Shown piece by piece: positions 57,986 through 64,000 of a stretch of DNA of 64,000 nucleotides (positions are counted from its first letter, which is position 1; every line of letters starts with the position of its first letter). The translations under genes and the position numbers were made by a program. The notes below the pieces were generated by a model. The model was not told the origin of the DNA and ran no database searches. It saw only the letters and a list, made by a program, of their open reading frames with translations. Location: assembly GCA_951406725.2 (NCBI GenBank), contig OX597825.1:27528001-27592000 (forward strand), written 5' to 3'. The stretch is from Octopus vulgaris (Eukaryota).

Positions 57986-58063
57986 TGAAAGAGCTCGTTA
58001 TACTTATAAAGATACCATAAAAAATATAAAAATAGTTTTTCAAGTGACGTGTGTGATTTCCTC

Positions 58064-58100
<37 letters not shown>

Positions 58101-58529
58101 TTTGTGTGTGTTTCTGTGTAAATATAAATTATGTATGTATATCCCTGTGTATATTTATATGTACGTACGCATGCATTTCGAATCCAAGCCTGTCTTATTA
58201 CCTTTATATCTGCTCACCCGGATTCTTCTGAGATGGGCACTTTACCTCGCGGACCTGCTCGATAAATATTTACCCGCCCGATAACGATTTTGGATCGTAT
58301 GCTCAAATCATTTAGACATTATTGTTTTCTATATTAAGCATCTCTGAATCACTTTCCCTCTCTCTCTCCCCTCTTTATATGTGTGTGTGTTTTGTATGTA
58401 TACTTATATATACAAGTGCAAACAAGGGAGTCAGAGAAAGGCAGAATGCCACTTATATCTGAACACTACTATAGAAATATTCCTTTAAAAAAACTTTTCT
58501 TCTAATTTTTCTAAATTTAATTATTTAAT

Positions 58530-58577
58530 CGTTACAGTTGAAAAGGTCTCAAAATGACCGAAACCGGTACTGAAATG
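58530..58577 (+). ncRNA. Minimal type I hammerhead with U3-A8 compensatory core
   Basis: Stem I CGTTACAG/CTGAAATG (1 mismatch), core TTGAAAA (58538-58544), stem II GGTC/GACC, GAAA (58560-58563), palindromic ACCGGT, GUA; about 55 bp before (TA)n. Confidence 0.7.
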
Positions 58578-58621
58578 TTCACTATAAAATTATTTTAGCA
58601 TTTTCTATTTTTGACTTGTTT

Positions 58622-58683
<62 letters not shown>

Positions 58684-58717
58684 TGTGGTGTGTGTATATA
58701 TATATATATATATTATG

Positions 58718-58776
58718 TACGCACAAATATACATGCACACACACAAACACACATATATATAGAGAGAGAGAGATAT

Positions 58777-58823
<47 letters not shown>

Positions 58824-58958
58824 TAGATATATAATACGCATATATATATATATATATGTGTGTGTGTGGGTGTGTGTATATTTATACGTATATATAATAT
58901 ACGCACAAATATACATGCACACACACAAACACACATATATATAGAGAGAGAGATATAT

Positions 58959-59041
<83 letters not shown>

Positions 59042-59118
59042 TAGATATATAATACGCATATATATATATATATATGTGTGTGTGTGGGTGTGTGTATATT
59101 TATACGTATATATAATAT
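58718..59118. repeat. Tandem duplication of a ~180-220-bp compound-microsatellite unit
   Basis: Unit TACGCACAAATATACATGCACAC..(GATA)n..ATAATACGCA..GTATATTTATACGTATATATAATAT occurs twice with different (GATA)n lengths. Confidence 0.85.
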
Positions 59119-59870
59119 AGTTATATAAAGATTTTTTCAAGTGATGTACACTGTTTCATATATCTGATAACGGAAGTAAGCTCTAAAATGTAAATACACA
59201 CACACACTCACACACAAACACACACATACACACACATATATATGTATTATCATCGAACATTCTGACAACCTTATTATTCCCAATATAGATCTATGTATAA
59301 ATACATAAGTTATTATTATTAATAAATAATAATAGTATAAGTGTCTAGGAAGCATATAATCCAAAAGGCAAATTTATAAATTCATAATTATAGATACAAG
59401 GTAGTACAAGCGTTGCTATAAATGTGTCTAGTATATATGGAAGAGGCTCCGTGCAGTTATTTAGTAATATGTTTTAGAATACCTTAGGAAATGGCATACA
59501 AACTCTTTGCTAGCATAACACACATATGAAGTGCACAACGCAACTTCATATGTAATTTTATGTTTTTTCGGTTCCTGTAAGAGAAGAATCAACGGAATAA
59601 CTAATGATAAACGGAATGAATTTTTTCCATACACCATATGAAGAAAATACGCCCACTATTAAATGACTGCCTTTAACATATTCAGTATTTATTTATTGTA
59701 CCATTCAACTCCCTCAGTCTGTGCCTAAATTTAAATATTAAGCGTGACTATTATACACATTATCTTCATCGTATTACTTGCAGGAAAAATTACGTATATT
59801 CTTTTATTTTCTTATATGTTTCAGCGCTAAGCCTAGTAAAAAAAAAATAATAATAAAGCTTTAAGTCTAA

Positions 59871-60250
59871 GTTTCTGGCAAGAATCAAACTCATGACCGT
59901 CTACGTGTAAATCAGATGTGATAACCACTAGTTTGTTTGCTCCTTCTCGAGCTATGCCTGACTCATAAGGACCGGTTCACCGGTTTCCTTGGCGTATAGG
60001 TTCCCCACCTTGACGGGACGCCGGTCCGCCGCAGGCGAGCTGCAAGATGCAGGAGGAAACAGTGAGAGAATGTTGTGGCGAAAGAGTCAGCAGAAATTCC
60101 CCATTACCTTCTGCCGGAGCCGCATGGAGCTTACATGTTTCGCTCATAAATACACACATCACCCAGTCTGAGATTCGAACCCGCTGTCCCTCGACCGCGA
60201 GTCCGCTGCTCTACGCACTAGGCCATGTGCCTCCACTACACCACAGGACA
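59871..60250 (-). pseudogene. tRNA-Val(TAC)-like pseudogene split by a SINE insertion
   Basis: Joining 60250-60239 to 59930-59871 gives TGTCCTGTGGTGTAGTGGTTATCACATCTGATTTACACGTAGACGGTCATGAGTTTGATTCTTGCCAGAAAC; downstream T-run (A-run on + at ~59838-59847). Confidence 0.7.
59931..60234 (-). mobile_element. tRNA-derived SINE family C (tail type 2, (CAAA)n end)
   Basis: Head GGAGGCACATGGCCTAGTG..GAGCAGCGGACTCGCGGTCG..GGTTCGAATCTC; flanked by duplicated CCACTA (59925-59930, 60233-60238). Confidence 0.85.
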
Positions 60251-60985
60251 TTACAATATATAATATAACTATGAGATAGGCCGCGTACAACGTTTGTATA
60301 AACGAAAGAAAGGCCATTGAAATAACACTAATACAACCAAACATAATACGTAGGTGAGATAGCGGTTCAAGTGTGATGTTTCTCATTCTCTGATTGAACA
60401 TTAAATAAATAATTACTTCTATCTCGTGGTGTTCCGGAGCACATTATTTCCTGCATGCATTTGCTGCATCAGGTGGTGTCGACATGTCTGTATCTTTAGT
60501 AAATTTCTATCGAAAACCAATCGTGCATAACAAACTAACTGAAATGAATACTTTTGCATCCAACGGTGCGTCATATCTTCTTTTAGGGATACGAATTTAT
60601 ATTACTCGAATCATTACCTATTTGACAAAAAGTTTCATACTTAATTAACAGCTTATATCTTAACTTATCTAAATGAATTATATCTCCTTGAAAACTGGAT
60701 CTTGATATTTTCTAGAACTTTCTATTAAAACCAAAATTGTTATATTTGTGAAGATTCATAATTGGTAAAGCCTGTACACACAGACAAGGTTTGTTACCAG
60801 TCAACATTTAGTTTCCCTTTCATTGAAAATGTTGATGTTTATGTCCTAATCCTAATGCGTTCCTTTTTATTAGCACGTACGCGAGGGTACAAGTGTTGGC
60901 AGATCCCATCGCAATGCGATGAGCAAACGGTAAAGAGAATACACCGCACAAATAATAATTACAAAAGCGGCAGTTCAGAAAACCA

Positions 60986-61031
<46 letters not shown>

Positions 61032-61102
61032 ACACAAACGCACACTAACATACAAGCACGTACTAGCACACAAGCACACAAACACACAGTTATTTGTGTA
61101 TA

Positions 61103-61336
61103 CAGCTGGCCCAAAAGTAGGTTTACAGTTATTCAACTATCTCTTTTACATTTATATATTAACAGTTTAGATCATAATTATATAAAAATATGAAACTATT
61201 ATTCTATGCTATTTTAGTTAATTTTGTCAAGCACTTTTTTCAGTTTGTAAGATAGAAATTTAAATGTTATAAAATGCTTTAAAAGTAATTTAAAGTGCCT
61301 ACGTCATAACTGTAAACCTAATTTTGGGCCACCCTG
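61103..61336. mobile_element. Tc1/mariner-type MITE, ~29-bp TIRs
   Basis: CAGCTGGCCCAAAAGTAGGTTTACAGTTA / TAACTGTAAACCTAATTTTGGGCCACCCTG; TA at the left junction. Confidence 0.85.
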
Positions 61337-61385
<49 letters not shown>

Positions 61386-61389
<4 letters not shown>

Positions 61390-62077
61390 ACAATTGAGGG
61401 TAAAATTAATTAATTAATCAATTTCACCAAGTGTTCAGTATGTAAAAGGACCATTTAAGGCGAATTCAAAATATTACATTATATAATTAGGGCTTAGTAA
61501 AATAAATTACTTTGCCACATACTGAACTTAGTAGAAATAGCAGCCAAAAAAATTTTCTTAGCATTTCTACTACTTAAAGAAAATTTCTCTCAGATAATGT
61601 TTATTCCAGACAGCTCACGAAGGTTTGGAGGTAAATACAGAAAAATATCACAAGTACATAGATCGTTTGAGTACGTCAACGTTTCAAGATTAGCCAAATA
61701 AAATCAGCATTTCTTTCGTCAGCTCAAAATTTCTTAATTTGGATTTGGAAACACTAAAAAGAAGGAACTTAACCTATCAGCGAACTTGTCGCTTCAGATG
61801 AACCACTCCAACTAACAGTGTCAACAAATTCAAAATGCGCAGGCGTAAATTTCTGCACTCCCAATTCCACCCACGTGGTCTATCTAGCAAACATTATATT
61901 TTAACCGCGCGAACCGAGGCAGTATGACCGAGAGAAATGAATTATAATATCAACAATTGAGGGTAAAATTAATTAATTAATCAATTTCACCAAGTGTTCA
62001 GTATGTAAAAGGACCATTTAAGGCGAATTCAAAATATTACATTATATAATTAGGGCTTAGTAAAATAAATTACTTTG
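61386..62077 (-). mobile_element. Retrozyme-like / tandem PLE-terminus unit: 563-bp period, identical 129-bp direct repeats, internal canonical hammerhead
   Basis: 61386-61514 is identical to 61949-62077; HHR at 61666-61728(-); abuts (TA)n; no ORF. Confidence 0.8.
61666..61728 (-). ncRNA. Canonical type I hammerhead ribozyme
   Basis: Stem I TTTGAG/CTCAAA; CTGACGA; stem II AAGA..(GCTGA/TTGGC)..TCTT; GAAA; stem III ACG-TTGA-CGT; GUA cleavage triplet (cut predicted between 61672 and 61671). Confidence 0.85.
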
Positions 62078-62078
62078 A

Positions 62079-62271
62079 TAGTACAATTGTTTCATACAAA
62101 GAATTGTATGAAACAATTGTACTAAAAACTAATCCATTCTTGTTGCTTCTTTCTCGTTTATAATCACCCCACATTACCGTATGGTTAACACCATATAGTT
62201 TTCTGGTGCATCTAAGTTAAGTACCACATTCAAGTAAATTCATTGGAATTGACTTGAATCATAATTGCTTT

Positions 62272-62275
<4 letters not shown>
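62079..62275 (+). mobile_element. Truncated PLE-like end with 21-bp perfect hairpin and half hammerhead
   Basis: TAGTACAATTGTTTCATACAA-agaa-TTGTATGAAACAATTGTACTA; contains GAAA-CAATTG-TA (palindromic stem III plus GUA); tail runs to (TA)n. Confidence 0.6.
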
Positions 62276-62352
<77 letters not shown>

Positions 62353-62939
62353 CATATATGTATATATGTATATGTATAAATATATATATACATATATATA
62401 AATTTATATAGATAAGGATAAAATCGTTTTTTAAAATACCGATCTTATGTGGATAGCATGGGAATAAAAAACTCATAGCAAAGAATTATTAAAATTATAA
62501 TTAAGTTATTATTAAAATTATAATCAAGTTTTTGCTGCTATATCTAGCTTGCTGCTATCTTGTAGATACTCTTAATTATAATCTATATGAATATATATGT
62601 ATATATATACATACACATACATATGTGTGTACACATTAAAATACATGAAGATATATATTAGTATATCACGCGGTGTATCTGTGTATAAACACACACACGC
62701 ACACACACAAGCCCACAAATTCTCTCATGCATGCAAAAACAAAAATATGCTTTGAGTTATGATCATAAATATTCACAGTTTTAAATATGGAGAAGTAAAA
62801 TATAAACAATCAACAAACAGTGAGTCTCTTTACAGTCGTTACCAAATCTGACACTTCCTAAATACAATAAAATGTCTAAAAGTGTGCAACAAGTGTTTGA
62901 AATAAATAGATTATAAAGGGAAAAAAACAAATGTCTACT

Positions 62940-63160
62940 ATTTCCTATCAAGCAAATAATGGTTTCAAGTTTAGGCACGAGGCCTGCAATTCCGGGAATG
63001 GAGTAAGTAAATTACGTCGACCCCAGCGTTGTACTGGTATGTAAATTATTGACTCCCAAAAGATGAAAGGCCGAATTTGAACTCAGAATGTAAAGACGGT
63101 CGAAATGCTGCTAAGCATAGTTTTCAACGTGCTAACGATTGTACTAGCTCGACGCCTTCA
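62940..63160 (-). mobile_element. SINE family B copy
   Basis: Reverse of family B: GAAGGCGTCGAGCTAG..AATCGTTAGCACG head, GCCTTTCATC, TACCAGTAC..CTGGGGTCGACGTAAT. Confidence 0.8.
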
Positions 63161-63274
63161 ATATTCGCAATGTTAACATTTCGACTAATATCTGTGTGTC
63201 TGATCAGTCAATTTATAAAGCACTGTCACGTGCGATGGATAATGTAGCATATATATATTAATGGTTGTGTGACG

Positions 63275-63560
63275 ACTATTGGCCTCTGGTTAGAGTATTG
63301 CACTTACTATCGCGAAATCGTAGTTTCAAATTCCGGGGCCATTTGGTATCTTCTGTCCTTGAACAAAAAACATGATATCAGGTTGCTTTGTTATCACTTG
63401 TCACCTGATATGTGATACACCGTACATTTGTTGAGACAACGTCAGTTTCATGGAAGAAGTGAGCTAGTGTAAAGAACAAACTTCAGATACCATAAAGAAT
63501 CCATTTTTGCAGGAAGTTCAACAAGTAAGAGCAGAACCGTCTTTCTTGTAGTGCGGAAGA
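63275..63560 (+). mobile_element. Degraded tRNA-headed SINE
   Basis: TGGCCTCTGGTTAGAG A-box-like, GTTTCAAATTCC B-box-like, then GTCCTTGAACAA; body too diverged to assign. Confidence 0.45.
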
Positions 63561-64000
63561 CTACCATCATCAATGTAATGACGGCTCGTATTCCATTTCC
63601 AGAATTGAAATAATGATTGAGTAATAAACTATAAAATTGTCAATAAACGCAAATAATATGGCAGAAAATCATCATCAAGACAATGCTTTAGTGTTTATAT
63701 AGGATATGATCTCATTCATTAACGTTTTAAATTCTATAAGAAAGAAATTCCGTTTCTAAATACAGGTTGGGTGTTGATGTGTTTCAGGTATTACAACATT
63801 TAATTCGGTAACTATGACTATTTCACCAACAACTGCTGGTCATCATTTGTGAATTTTAGGTAAGTATATAATCTACATAATCAACCACAGTATTTCATTG
63901 TGTATAACATATACGTCACCAGCAGCATGAATTGTGAGGTGAATTTCAGGATGCTTTGAACATAACACATATGGTTAGTTAACTACACCCTGAAAGGCAT

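Overview
AT-rich, microsatellite-saturated eukaryotic (animal) non-coding DNA. The SINE families look like those I recall from Octopus genomes, so an octopod cephalopod is the likely source (inference, not a database result). I found no convincing intact protein-coding gene, and most ORFs in the track are (TA)n/(CA)n/(GATA)n/(AAT)n artefacts. Identifiable content: three decayed Tc1/mariner-superfamily transposases (one maT/DD37D-like, two mariner), a Dong/R4-clade non-LTR 3' end sitting in (TAA)n, a CR1-clade LINE 3' end, a non-autonomous Helitron, MITEs/foldbacks, at least three tRNA-derived SINE families, tRNA-Val and tRNA-Thr relics, and a 20-bp minisatellite. The most striking signal is about 17-19 type I hammerhead-ribozyme (HHR) motifs from several sequence families. 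They mostly have palindromic stem III, often occur as inverted pairs and usually end close to a (TA)n tract, the signature of Penelope-like element (PLE) termini or retrozymes. They include one fully canonical HHR inside a 563-bp unit bounded by identical 129-bp direct repeats (61386-62077), recurrent CCGANGA (U4C) cores and a U3-A8 compensatory core. All structures were folded by eye and none was computed or tested.
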